Shown in pieces: positions 38,442 to 48,244 of a DNA stretch of 64,000 nucleotides; the stretch's first letter is position 1; each line of letters starts with the position of its first letter. Position numbers and translations under genes: made by a program. The DNA lies in contig DAORIS010000001.1 in assembly GCA_035438625.1 (NCBI GenBank), positions 56,104-120,103 of the forward strand, read 5' to 3'. A model generated the notes under the pieces. That model made no database searches and was not told where the DNA came from. It saw only the letters and a program-made list of their open reading frames with translations. This stretch comes from Minisyncoccota bacterium (lineage in GTDB: Bacteria > Patescibacteriota > Minisyncoccia > Phycocordibacterales > DAORIS01).

Positions 38442-39656
38442 CTAGTGTGCGTGTCCTCCGTGTGCATGCACATGCGAATGTTGTTCAGAAGCAGCTTCAA
38501 CTGACGCGATTTCTTTCTTTACCGTCTCTGAATTTTTTGGTCCTACTGGCATTTTAATGAGTAGCCACACAGCGATAAGCGTTGTAAGTGGTACAGCAAG
38601 CACAAGACCAATACCGCCTAGCATTGTTCGTACTACTTCCGTTGCAAATACTTCCCTGTTAAGTGTAAATCCGAGGGACGACTCTGAAGTTGAGATGAGT
38701 AACAATAGCGGAAGCGACGCACCGGCATACGCAATGGCGAGTGTGTTAACGAGCGCACCAATGTGTTCTCGTCCCATACGTATTGCTCGCGCATAAATTA
38801 CGTTACGTGGAACGTGAGGACCAATTCGATGCAACTCTTCAACAGCAAGAGACTGTCCAATTGCAACATCATAGAGAGCTCCAAGGAGACCAATCAATAT
38901 TCCACCAAGAAGTAGCCCTTGGAAATCAATAATGCCTCCGGTATTAAAGTTTAGATACACCGCTTCATCAGAATCAAATCCTGAAAGCGAAGTAACATCT
39001 ACGCTAAACGCAGTGAGAAACCCAACAGCAACGACCGTAAGCACCATTCCTAACACTGCTGATGTTGTCATCTTACTTATCCCATGTGTCACATATGATC
39101 CGACGATGATAATAATTGCTGAGACGGCTACACTCACCAACACAGGTGAATATCCAGCAAGTACTCCTGGGAACAACACGTACACAATCAAGAGCAAGCT
39201 TCCAGCAAGTGTGATCAGTCCTCGTAACCCTTGCATTCCGCCAAAAAAGAGTACTGCTGCTATAAAGAGAACTGTAAAGAATACAAGCCATGGCAGACGA
39301 TACGGTTCAGCGATAGACCAGTATTCATTTCCTTCAAACTGACTTATCGTATGTGTGAGATATATTTTCTGTCCAACTTCTACAATTAAGCGATCGTTTT
39401 CAAACGTAATTACTTTTCCAACATTCTCTCCATCTAACAACCTCACTTCAATAGTTTGAATTCTTGCAGTTACAGGAGTATCAGCAATGGTTTCAGTTCG
39501 TTCTTCAAGAATCCGTACCACTTCCCCTTTACGGTGCTCAAAAGAGTCTTGGACCAGAACAGCATCACCTGCGTTTACGACACCAGAAGTGAGGAAGGGT
39601 GCTAATAAAAATATTAGTGAGAATACTGAAATATGAAGAATTTTTCTCATGCGCAA
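38442..39656 (-). CDS. YibE/F-family polytopic membrane protein with His-rich C-terminus
   Basis: Signal plus ~120-aa extracytoplasmic domain, then ~8 TM helices. C-terminal HSHVHAHGGHAH. Confidence 0.5.
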   Translation of the reverse strand: MRMRKILHISVFSLIFLLAPFLTSGVVNAGDAVLVQDSFEHRKGEVVRILEERTETIADTPVTARIQTIEVRLLDGENVGKVITFENDRLIVEVGQKIYLTHTISQFEGNEYWSIAEPYRLPWLVFFTVLFIAAVLFFGGMQGLRGLITLAGSLLLIVYVLFPGVLAGYSPVLVSVAVSAIIIIVGSYVTHGISKMTTSAVLGMVLTVVAVGFLTAFSVDVTSLSGFDSDEAVYLNFNTGGIIDFQGLLLGGILIGLLGALYDVAIGQSLAVEELHRIGPHVPRNVIYARAIRMGREHIGALVNTLAIAYAGASLPLLLLISTSESSLGFTLNREVFATEVVRTMLGGIGLVLAVPLTTLIAVWLLIKMPVGPKNSETVKKEIASVEAASEQHSHVHAHGGHAH

Positions 39657-39705
39657 AGTCTAGCATATTGATAAATCGCCGTTTTCGATTAGAATGGCAA
39701 TGTCC

Positions 39706-39777
39706 GGCGCTATCGTCTAACGGTTAGGACGAGGGCTTCTCAAGCCCTAAATCGGGGTTCGATTCCCCGTAGCGTCA
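39706..39777 (+). tRNA. tRNA-Glu (anticodon CUC); CCA not encoded
   Basis: Cloverleaf read by hand. Acceptor GGCGCTA/TAGCGTC with one G-U pair. D-arm tcgtc-taacggttag-gacga. Anticodon stem agggc/gccct with loop ttCTCaa. T-arm cgggg-ttcgatt-ccccg. Discriminator A. Confidence 0.8.
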
Positions 39778-39854
39778 CATATATTGACATTATTAAAGAT
39801 TAGTGTTATTTTTAAAATGGATCGAAAGCTACATTTTGCACGAAAGGATACATC

Positions 39855-40709
39855 ATGCGGAAAAAGCAAATAGCACCTTTAACATCTACCAGACCAACAA
39901 TTGAAACGTCATGTCCTGGTATTGGACTAATGCGCTATGCTTACACAGAGGAGAAAGAGCGGAGCGACATCTCCACAATTGAAGAGGCACGAAAAAATGG
40001 CAACGTCTGTAAAGATGCACTCCATCTTTACAGCAATCTACAAAGGACAGCCGCACATCTAAAGATCTGCTTCACAGAAGAAGAGGCTCAAGGGATGGAG
40101 TTAAAGTTCCATCTTCAAGAGATGTGCAATGCGTCCACAACCCATCACTTGCTCTCTGAGTGTGCTGAAGTATGTCAAGGAGCTATTCCTAACCAACTGA
40201 GAGCAGATGAATGGGCACAGTGGCATCCATACCGCAGTAGGACATTTCTGTTACCAGACAAGAAGAAGTTAAGTCTTCTTGGTGAGACTGAATCATCGGT
40301 TAGACAAAAATTCCTAGATTGCATCGCAGGGATCTCAGAGGCACTTGTCCGTAAACTACGAAATAATTTCGAAAAGGAGGACTGCACGGACATTCTCACC
40401 AGCCTCAAAGAAGCAATCATGATTTCAGGAAAGGGTTGGTCTTCATTTGGTATTACTCCAGCCGAAGCGATAGACCTAACTCAGAAATCAATCATGTTCA
40501 CGACAAAACGTCTTGTGCAAAATGCATGTGCCAAGAAAAATTTGGCTGATCTTTTAAAAGCCCTAAACCTACGCAAGGAATGGGGGTTCAGCTGGTCAGA
40601 CATTGGAATCACACCGCAGGAAGCATACCGGGTAATAACTGATATGTATATCCGATCACTTGAAATACCCGAACTAATTGAAGAGCTACAACTTCTTCCC
40701 CGGCTGTAA
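39855..40709 (+). CDS. Hypothetical protein with internal repeat (GWSSFGITPAEAID / GFSWSDIGITPQEAY)
   Basis: ORF immediately downstream of tRNA-Glu. Slightly G+C-richer. No recognised domain. Confidence 0.4.
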   Translation: MRKKQIAPLTSTRPTIETSCPGIGLMRYAYTEEKERSDISTIEEARKNGNVCKDALHLYSNLQRTAAHLKICFTEEEAQGMELKFHLQEMCNASTTHHLLSECAEVCQGAIPNQLRADEWAQWHPYRSRTFLLPDKKKLSLLGETESSVRQKFLDCIAGISEALVRKLRNNFEKEDCTDILTSLKEAIMISGKGWSSFGITPAEAIDLTQKSIMFTTKRLVQNACAKKNLADLLKALNLRKEWGFSWSDIGITPQEAYRVITDMYIRSLEIPELIEELQLLPRL

Positions 40710-40730
40710 ATCCCAATTATGCGACTTAAC

Positions 40731-40766
40731 AACCCCAAACCGAAAGGAATGGGGTTTTGTTTTACT
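40731..40766 (+). terminator. Rho-independent terminator (cccca...tgggg plus ttttgtttt)
   Basis: aaccccaaaccgaaaggaatggggttttgtttt. Confidence 0.5.
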
Positions 40767-41201
40767 TTAATTCGTAATAAGACATTAAATATAAAATGAC
40801 TTGGTTCCAATTCCATCCCACTTGGGTCACAACAGAAAGAGTTACCCTAAATACAAAGAAGCCCACAACCTTTCGGTGTGGGCTTCAAATTGAAATGTTC
40901 AAAGGTGTCCTTAGAGCAGGACAACGAACGGCCTTCCGTTGACTTTGACCACTGTCGTTCGACATGTGGTACGTGTGGACGGACGAACGTTCAAGCGAAG
41001 GTTTCTTCCGCGGGCAAGCTTGTGGCTACCTGCTGAAGCAAAACACCAACGCGATTTGGAACTTGATGAGGACATGGGTCCCTCGTGTAAAAAGAACGAT
41101 ACCGGTAGCGGATAACCAACCCTGGTACACCGTACTCCACCTGTATCTGATATATATTATATAACTTTTTAGACCACTGTCAAGTACCCGAATGTATGGC
41201 C

Positions 41202-42533
41202 TTATTCCTTGCTTTTCCAGACTGAATCTTGCCGCACAAGTAACTCACTCGCCTGTTCTGGTTGATCCATGACTTCTAGGACTGCTCGCTCCATACGCAT
41301 ACTTTGAGAGCCTTTTATGAGTACAACATCACCTGCTTCAATGATAGTTTCTACAAACTTCCCCGCTTTCTTAGAATCTTCATACTGAAAAATGTGTGTC
41401 TCTGCCATTCCGTGCTCAAGTGCTCCTCGTGCAATTTCTCGCGCTCTAATTCCAACCGTAACAAGTACATGTGCAGCACGTGCAACTTTTTCACCAACTG
41501 CATAGTGAGCTCCGGGCGAGTGCGCACCGAGCTCCATCATGTCACCAAGCACAACAATCTTCTTTCCTTCTGCATGGACTGATTTCAAAGCTTGTAGCGC
41601 TTCTTGGACAGCAATCGGTGATGAGTTATATGTGTCATCGATAATTACAGAATCTTTAATGCCATCGATAAGACGCATACGTCCACGACTGGGTGTTGTT
41701 GTAGCGAGCGCCTTTATTGCATCAACAAGAGAAATGTCAAATGTCTGCGCGACCGCAATAGCAGCAAGTCCTGAAAATGATCGGTGTGTTCCGATTGTTC
41801 CTGGGAGTGTCAGTGTGTACTCGGTTCCCATTCCACCTCCGGCTACAAAGCGCGCCTCTTCACCGATAGGAAACTTTGTTTTTTGCTTTCCACTGCTACT
41901 TTCTGCGTACATTGGCTTTGATCCTAGGAGTTGAATATCTGCGCCTGATTTTTTTCCATAGGTAATGAGCTTTTGGTTTTCAGCCATTACATCTTTTGCT
42001 GACATTGAAAATATACTGTCCGCGTCAACAATGAGGGTTCCGCCAGATTTAAGTGCTTTTGCAAGTTCAATTTTCTCAGCTGCAAGTGACGCAGCGTCTG
42101 GAAAGAATTCAACGTGTACGGGAATTTCAGGAATGTGAGTAATGACAGTCACATCAGGTGTGAGCCATGTACCAATATTTTTAATATCCCCTGGATGATC
42201 TGCACCAACCTCAACGACAATGATTTCAGGATATTCATTAGAAAAGAAAGCGATCTTGAAGCCCACGATAATATTCCACAGCCACCCAATAGGATTTGCC
42301 CATGCATTTGGAAGTCCCAAAATAGTGAGTGGTACTCCAATTTCTGAGTTGAAACTCTTATCGCTTTTTCGTGCGTGATACTTTGTTGAAATCACCGCAT
42401 AAATTGCGTCTTTTGCAGATGTCTTTCCAACATTACCGGTTACTGCAATTATCTTAGGCTTCTTTCTCTTAAGAAGAATTGCTGACTCTTTAGATAGTAT
42501 CTGGGTGACAACGCGCTTAAAGTATTCTTTCAT
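41202..42533 (-). CDS. murF: UDP-N-acetylmuramoyl-tripeptide--D-alanyl-D-alanine ligase
   Basis: Mur ligase P-loop IIAVTGNVGKTSAKDAI. DDTYNSSP motif. C-terminal VLIKGSQSMRME. Confidence 0.85.
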   Translation of the reverse strand: MKEYFKRVVTQILSKESAILLKRKKPKIIAVTGNVGKTSAKDAIYAVISTKYHARKSDKSFNSEIGVPLTILGLPNAWANPIGWLWNIIVGFKIAFFSNEYPEIIVVEVGADHPGDIKNIGTWLTPDVTVITHIPEIPVHVEFFPDAASLAAEKIELAKALKSGGTLIVDADSIFSMSAKDVMAENQKLITYGKKSGADIQLLGSKPMYAESSSGKQKTKFPIGEEARFVAGGGMGTEYTLTLPGTIGTHRSFSGLAAIAVAQTFDISLVDAIKALATTTPSRGRMRLIDGIKDSVIIDDTYNSSPIAVQEALQALKSVHAEGKKIVVLGDMMELGAHSPGAHYAVGEKVARAAHVLVTVGIRAREIARGALEHGMAETHIFQYEDSKKAGKFVETIIEAGDVVLIKGSQSMRMERAVLEVMDQPEQASELLVRQDSVWKSKE

Positions 42534-42554
42534 GTGGCTATAATACCAAAGCTA

Positions 42555-44270
42555 TTAGCGATCTGGGGGTATTTCGTAATAATTGATCAAATACTGTGCA
42601 ATGGTGTGGAATGGGTATGACAGTGTGTGTGAGGCATAGTCTTCTCCTTGAGGCTCAAGGGTATACATGAATACGAGGAATTTAGGGTCATACGCTGGGA
42701 AATATCCAAAGAATGAGTGGAGATATCGGTCGTCATAGTATCCTCCTCCTGGCTTGGCAATTTGAGCTGTTCCGGTCTTTGCAGCAATGCTATACCCCGG
42801 GATTACCACTTCTCCACCCAACAATGCTTTATCCACCACCGTCGTCAACATAGAAGAGATTTTACGAGACGTTTCAGCAGAAAATACTCGTTGCTTTTCT
42901 GTATACGTTGGAGTTTTTGTCGTGCCTGATGTGTATTCAATTCGCTTCACAACATGCGGTGTGATTAGTTCTCCACCATTTCCAAGCGCAGAAAGTGCTC
43001 GGACAAGAGAAACTGGTGTAACGGCAATACCTTGTCCGAATGACGCTGTTGCATAGTTAACATCTTCACGAGTTCGAAGGTTCTGTGCCAAGTTTCTTCC
43101 TTCGTGTGGAAGATCAATTCCAGAGTAGCTATCAAGCCCAAGCGCAAAGAAATAATCTGCAAAACGCTTGTTGCCGAGTTTTGTTGCGATATACGACACA
43201 CCAGTGTTGAGAGACTGGTTTAGAACTTCTTGCATTGAAACTTCTCCGCGAGCACGTTTGTCGTAGTTATAAATAGTTCGTCCGTTTAAGGTAAGTGATC
43301 CGGCATCAAAATATGTTGAGGTTGGTTCAATGACCCCAGCATCAAGTCCTGCTGCAACAGTAAGTGGCTTAATAATCGATCCCATTTCGTACACATTTTG
43401 TACGTTTGGATTGGTAAATACTGCAGCATCATCGACAGTTTGGAATGTGTTTGGATCGAAATTAGGAACGGCTCCCATTGCGTATATTTCCCCGTTTTGT
43501 GGATTAATAATGATTCCTCCCGTTAATTTTGCATTATATTTTTCTTGTACTCCTTCAAGTTCTCGTTCAAACAGCAATTGAACGTTTGGTTCGATAGTTG
43601 AAACAACATCACCTTCACCACCTGATGAGTATGTGATTTTTTTATTAATATTTGAAAATACTTCTGCAAAGAAGTTTGAGTACACATTCTTTGTGCCGCG
43701 CCCGAGTATGTCTTCAAATTGTCGCTCCAAGCCGTATCGTCCACCAAAATCATCCCCGTCGTATCCCAAAAATCCCAAGGCGTGTGATGCAAGGGTGTTT
43801 CCTGGGTATGTCCTCCATCGCTCGGTAAACAAGCGAACCCCAGGAAGATTAAGTGCTTCAAGCTCTGCCCCAGCTTCTTTAGTGATTCGTTTACCAATTT
43901 CTTCATACGGATCTTCTTTTTTATCCGCCTTCTTCATGAATATCTCTCGATCAAGTGGGTAGATTGCATTTAACTTGTCATACGTTCCCTCTTCATCAGT
44001 AATAAGACCTGGGTTAATGGCGAGCGTGTATCCGGTTTGAAGAGCTGCAGCAGAAAATTTTTCACCATCTTTAGTAGTGAAATAAATTGAACCGCGATCG
44101 AAAATCTTTTGATCAGGATTTGTGTACTGCCTATCAGCACGCTCTCGAAACGCTTCTGCGTTTACAATTTGTAACGAATACAAACGTGCAATAAGTACAC
44201 CTGAAAATAAGAGAAAGCCAAAGGCAATTAGCCTTACTCTCCAACGAAATTCATCCTTGCTGCCCTTCAT
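42555..44270 (-). CDS. ftsI: Penicillin-binding protein (class B transpeptidase), FtsI-like
   Basis: N-terminal TM. SxxK GSIIKPLTV. SxN SLNTGVS. KTG AKTGTAQ. Confidence 0.85.
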   Translation of the reverse strand: MKGSKDEFRWRVRLIAFGFLLFSGVLIARLYSLQIVNAEAFRERADRQYTNPDQKIFDRGSIYFTTKDGEKFSAAALQTGYTLAINPGLITDEEGTYDKLNAIYPLDREIFMKKADKKEDPYEEIGKRITKEAGAELEALNLPGVRLFTERWRTYPGNTLASHALGFLGYDGDDFGGRYGLERQFEDILGRGTKNVYSNFFAEVFSNINKKITYSSGGEGDVVSTIEPNVQLLFERELEGVQEKYNAKLTGGIIINPQNGEIYAMGAVPNFDPNTFQTVDDAAVFTNPNVQNVYEMGSIIKPLTVAAGLDAGVIEPTSTYFDAGSLTLNGRTIYNYDKRARGEVSMQEVLNQSLNTGVSYIATKLGNKRFADYFFALGLDSYSGIDLPHEGRNLAQNLRTREDVNYATASFGQGIAVTPVSLVRALSALGNGGELITPHVVKRIEYTSGTTKTPTYTEKQRVFSAETSRKISSMLTTVVDKALLGGEVVIPGYSIAAKTGTAQIAKPGGGYYDDRYLHSFFGYFPAYDPKFLVFMYTLEPQGEDYASHTLSYPFHTIAQYLINYYEIPPDR

Positions 44271-44289
44271 CGTGCGATAAGTATACGAC

Positions 44290-44604
44290 CTACCGGTTGC
44301 CTAGCGCTATACCCAATGAGTGAACATCGATAATACTTCTGTTCTCTGAGAGGTCAGAGAGTGTATATGTTGAAGGGTCTTCAATTGAAACACCTGACTT
44401 AATAGCAATAAAGTCTTGTTCGAGCATATTAATTTCTGCAGAAACTTCTGCCTGCTTTTCTGAGAAATGCTGCTTGCTTGCAGCTACTTTAACTACTCCC
44501 ACCACCAGGAAACCGTATGAAATCACTGAAGCTACGAGTACTGAAATTGCAATCTTACATGCAAGTACTGCATACGTTTTCCTGATTTTGCGAGTATAGT
44601 TCAT
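44290..44604 (-). CDS. ftsL: FtsL-like cell division protein (bitopic, coiled coil)
   Basis: Single TM (ISVLVASVISYGFLVVGVV) plus short coiled coil. Sits in the canonical rsmH-ftsL-ftsI position. Confidence 0.45.
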   Translation of the reverse strand: MNYTRKIRKTYAVLACKIAISVLVASVISYGFLVVGVVKVAASKQHFSEKQAEVSAEINMLEQDFIAIKSGVSIEDPSTYTLSDLSENRSIIDVHSLGIALGNR

Positions 44605-44622
44605 TTATTTTAAAAGTTACTG

Positions 44623-45513
44623 CTAATGTGTTTTTTCTACGATGCGAAGTTTGGCACTTCGAGATCGTGGGTTTTCCTGTACCTCTTTCTCTCCTCCTTC
44701 AATCGGACGCTTTGTAAGCAGCTTTCCTGATTGTGCGTCCGAAAGCTCTCTAAAATATCTCTTTACAATTCTGTCTTCTAAACTATGAAACGAGATTGCA
44801 GCGATTCTCCCTTCAGAACTGAGTACGTCCCACGCCACGTGTAGCCCCTTCGCAACTGCATCAAGTTCCCTATTAACTGCAATGCGTAGCGCTTGAAACG
44901 TTCGTGTAGCAGGGTGAATGCGACCATGTCGATATATTGCTGGAACTACTCCTTTGATGATGTCTACAAGCGTTGCAGTGCTATTGATTCGCCCTTCTTC
45001 CCGTGCCGATACAATTGCTCGAGCAATTCGCTTTGCATACTTCTCTTCTCCAAAGCCTGTGAGGATCGCAACAAGTGTATCTTCTCCCCATTCGTTAACG
45101 ACATCAGCTGCAGTTACTGGATAGTTTCCACTGGTTGTGTCAAAACGCATGTCGAGTGGTTCGTCTTCGGCGAATGTAAACCCTCGCTCTGAACCTTGTA
45201 ACTGGTCTGAGCTTAGTCCGAAATCGAAGAGTACACCGACCACAGTTGATCCAGGTGTAACAAACTCTTTCATTCGCTCATATGACGCGTGATACACCTT
45301 CGCTCGATCCTTGAAGCGTTCTAGTGCATGTGTTGCCCTCTCCATCGCTCCACGATCAAGATCAAATCCGATGAGATGTAATTTTGGATACCGCTCAAGG
45401 ATTTCGATTGCATGTCCTGCGTTATTTACCGTTCCGTCAATGACAACACCCTTTGCAAAGCGTTCAAGTCCTAGACTTTGGATTGTTTCTTCTAAAAGAA
45501 CTGGTATGTGCAT
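44623..45513 (-). CDS. rsmH: 16S rRNA (cytosine1402-N4)-methyltransferase RsmH/MraW
   Basis: MHIPVLLEETIQSL...VIDGTVNNAGHAIEIL...FDLGLSSDQL. Confidence 0.9.
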   Translation of the reverse strand: MHIPVLLEETIQSLGLERFAKGVVIDGTVNNAGHAIEILERYPKLHLIGFDLDRGAMERATHALERFKDRAKVYHASYERMKEFVTPGSTVVGVLFDFGLSSDQLQGSERGFTFAEDEPLDMRFDTTSGNYPVTAADVVNEWGEDTLVAILTGFGEEKYAKRIARAIVSAREEGRINSTATLVDIIKGVVPAIYRHGRIHPATRTFQALRIAVNRELDAVAKGLHVAWDVLSSEGRIAAISFHSLEDRIVKRYFRELSDAQSGKLLTKRPIEGGEKEVQENPRSRSAKLRIVEKTH

Positions 45514-45531
45514 AGATATTTGCTTTGTGCG

Positions 45532-45966
45532 TTATATTGCTCCGACTTCACCTAGCTTTTCAGCCAAGGCATCAGCCTTTGAAATGACAGCACTCTTATA
45601 TTCCATCCATCGTTCAGGATTCCAGATCTCAACTCGATTATGAACTCCGGCAAACACCATCTTTCCAGATAATCCTGCGAACTGTCGCAAGAATTCTGGA
45701 ATGAGGATTCGACCAAGGGCGTCCACATCGACTTCTGCTGCACCGGCGAGCATGAATCGGTTAAAACTTCGCATATCTGACTGACCGATTCCCATTCCTC
45801 CGAGTTTTTCAGCGATCTTCTTCCATTCCTTAACGGAATATAAGAACAAGCAGTTATCAAGCCCGTGAGAAATAACAACCTTCTTCCCTACTTCTGAGCG
45901 AAATTTCATAGGCAACGATACCCGGTTTTTTTCGTCTGCAGAATGAGTATATTCGCCTATGAGCAT
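45532..45966 (-). CDS. mraZ: Transcriptional regulator MraZ
   Basis: Duplicated DxxxR-type modules (SADEKNRVSLP and LGRILIP). 144 aa. Confidence 0.85.
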   Translation of the reverse strand: MLIGEYTHSADEKNRVSLPMKFRSEVGKKVVISHGLDNCLFLYSVKEWKKIAEKLGGMGIGQSDMRSFNRFMLAGAAEVDVDALGRILIPEFLRQFAGLSGKMVFAGVHNRVEIWNPERWMEYKSAVISKADALAEKLGEVGAI

Positions 45967-46119
45967 GTTTTGTTGTTTCCCACGTTATACCACTTCTTAC
46001 CATTATAGTGCAACGTATTACATTCGCATTCCACTTATCCCCAAAAAACCCATATAGGACACGGATTTTTACAAAAGAAAAGCCGCCACGGAAAGTGGCG
46101 GCCATACGAATGAAGTTTG

Positions 46120-46542
46120 CTATGAGAGCGGTGGCCTGGCGTAGATTTTTGTGTATCCACAACCAGGATGTACACAACGCTTCATTTCTTCAGATTGATC
46201 ACTGTCCAAGAGTATCAAACTTTGAGTGACAAGGGAGTTGTGTCTGCATTGAGGACATCGTCGCCGAAACACAAACAAAAACAGTGTTGCGCACATAAGC
46301 ATAACGAATATCACAACCGAAAAAGAAGCAATGATTGCCGTGTCGGAATTTGCTGCAGCAAGCATGGAACCCTCCACGTAAAACAATAAGAACAATAGTG
46401 AACGCCGAATAACACAATGCCATATACCGCTTTTTTTGTCAAAAAAATAGCGCCCACGTTTGAGCGCCATAAAGAAATAAAATGAGTCACTAGTATTTTC
46501 TCCACTTAAATGAACAATTCCGACACGTGTGCACCCACTCAA
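46120..46542 (-). CDS. Membrane-anchored zinc-ribbon protein (paralog 2; real start probably an internal Met)
   Basis: TM helix IIASFSVVIFVMLMCATLFLFVF followed by RRRCPQCRHN...~25 aa...CVHPGCG. Confidence 0.3.
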   Translation of the reverse strand: MSGCTRVGIVHLSGENTSDSFYFFMALKRGRYFFDKKSGIWHCVIRRSLLFLLFYVEGSMLAAANSDTAIIASFSVVIFVMLMCATLFLFVFRRRCPQCRHNSLVTQSLILLDSDQSEEMKRCVHPGCGYTKIYARPPLS

Positions 46543-46768
46543 AGTCTACGCGGTTATCTGCCAACTCCTGAGTTCGCACAACCGAATATTTCTTGCATTG
46601 AGGACACAGTCCGAACTTATCTTGAATAACGTAACAAACAGCACCCACCACAATGAAAATCACATCACGGATCCCGAAAGTGCCAGGCACAGCTAACATA
46701 ATCAACACTAGATACTCCCTTCGAAAGAAGAACTGGGCTAAGGGTATACCATAAAACAAATAGGTCAA
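46490..46768 (-). CDS. Membrane-anchored zinc-ribbon protein (paralog 1)
   Basis: TM helices, then GLCPQCKKYS...~20 aa...CRNCSF. Same TM plus CPQC...CxxC layout as the neighbour. Confidence 0.35.
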   Translation of the reverse strand: MTYLFYGIPLAQFFFRREYLVLIMLAVPGTFGIRDVIFIVVGAVCYVIQDKFGLCPQCKKYSVVRTQELADNRVDFEWVHTCRNCSFKWRKY

Positions 46769-46771
46769 GTG

Positions 46772-48244
46772 TTATTTCTCTTCTTGCTTTGGCTTCACCA
46801 ATGGGAACGTCTGGAGTTCACGAAGTGTAATACCTAAAAGGAGCGCAATGAGTCTCTCACCAAAGCCCATTCCAAAGGCTGGTGGCATTCCATGCTCGAG
46901 CATTTCAACAAATTCCCAGTCAGGCATCATCGCTTCAGTATCACCCGCTTCAAGGAGTGCACGTTGTGCTTCAAATCGTTCTCGCTGATCAATTGGATCA
47001 TTTAATTCTGAAAATCCATTGTTTGCTTCAGATCCCGCGAGGATAAGTTGTGCGCGTTGCACTTTACGTGGGTCAGACGGCAATTCTTTTGCAAGTGGTG
47101 AGACAAGCTTTGGATGATTAATGAGCCACACTGGACCTGCAATTTGCTTACGACAATATTTCCATAATGTATCAGTGAGTCGTTCGCGGTTTTTTCCTTC
47201 ATACTCCACTCCGAGCTCATCTAATCGCTTCTGCATTTCTTCTTCAGTTGCCTCTAGAACATCAACACCAGTCATGTCTTTAACTGTATCTGTGTAATCA
47301 ATTTTCTTCCACTCTCCTGCGATTTCGATTCCCTGAAATCCTTTGATATCAAATGTATCTTTTCCAAACGCAGTCTTGATAGCGTGTTTTAAAAGTTCTT
47401 CTGTAAACTTCATTCCCTCTTCGTATTCCATGTATGAGGAATAAAATTCAAGGTTGGTGAACTCTTGTGCGTGCTCTGGGCTAGTTCCTTCATTTCTGTA
47501 CGCCCGTCCAATTTCAAAGGTACGTGGAATACCACCCGCAAGAAGTCTCTTCTGCCATAGTTCTCCTACAGAGATACGTAGAAACATATCCATATCAAAA
47601 TCATCGTGGTGTGTTCGGAATGGGTTGGCTTCTGCCCCTCCCGTTGTCACTTCAAGTGTTGGCGTATCAACTTCAATAAAACCTCGCTCTAGGAGAAAGT
47701 TTCGGGCAGCGTTCCAGAAGCGAGACTTTGTTCTAATTATTTCTTGTGCGTTTGGGTCAAATAAAATATCGAGGTATCGCTTTCGAAGCTTCTCTTCAGG
47801 ATCCTGTAGTCCGTGCCATTTATCAGGAAGTGGAAGAAGTGATTTGGTGAGCATGTTCCAGCTTTCGACAAGAACAGTTTTCTCACCTCGGTTTGTTGTA
47901 AACACGGTTCCTGTGCACTCAATAAAATCACCAACATCAACAGTCTCTACAAAAAGCGCAAATAGTTTCTCATCGAGGGGTTCGTTCTTCTTTAGAAGTA
48001 CTTGAAACTTTCCTGTGCCGTCAAATAAGTTACCAAACGCAAGTGCGCCTTGTGGCCGAAGTGACATCAAGCGTCCCGAAATAGTTACTTGTGTCTTTGC
48101 TTCCTCAATAGCTACCGCTGTTTCAATAAGTGAGCTAATTGTATGTGTACGACTTGAGCGTGCTGGGTACGCCAAACGACCAGCTTCTTTTAAAAGCTGT
48201 ATCTTTTGGATGCGTACATCCTTGATCTCTTCGGCTGATGCCAT
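46772..48244 (-). CDS. lysS: Lysyl-tRNA synthetase (class II)
   Basis: N-terminal OB anticodon-binding domain. Class II motifs including RNEGTSPEHAQEFTNLEFY and GMGFGERL. Confidence 0.9.
   Translation of the reverse strand: MASAEEIKDVRIQKIQLLKEAGRLAYPARSSRTHTISSLIETAVAIEEAKTQVTISGRLMSLRPQGALAFGNLFDGTGKFQVLLKKNEPLDEKLFALFVETVDVGDFIECTGTVFTTNRGEKTVLVESWNMLTKSLLPLPDKWHGLQDPEEKLRKRYLDILFDPNAQEIIRTKSRFWNAARNFLLERGFIEVDTPTLEVTTGGAEANPFRTHHDDFDMDMFLRISVGELWQKRLLAGGIPRTFEIGRAYRNEGTSPEHAQEFTNLEFYSSYMEYEEGMKFTEELLKHAIKTAFGKDTFDIKGFQGIEIAGEWKKIDYTDTVKDMTGVDVLEATEEEMQKRLDELGVEYEGKNRERLTDTLWKYCRKQIAGPVWLINHPKLVSPLAKELPSDPRKVQRAQLILAGSEANNGFSELNDPIDQRERFEAQRALLEAGDTEAMMPDWEFVEMLEHGMPPAFGMGFGERLIALLLGITLRELQTFPLVKPKQEEK

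Noticed and set aside
38557-39342. 79-aa and 136-aa + strand ORFs
   Set aside because: Both lie inside the YibE/F-like membrane protein gene on the opposite strand. Thr/Ser/Pro-rich antisense translations.
40964-41164. 66-aa + strand ORF in the G+C-rich intergenic region
   Set aside because: No SD, Trp/Arg-rich, sits in a hairpin-rich stretch more likely to be non-coding RNA or non-functional.
47454-48005. 183-aa + strand ORF
   Set aside because: Antisense to lysS, which has clear class II aaRS motifs. Ser/Arg-rich composition typical of shadow ORFs.
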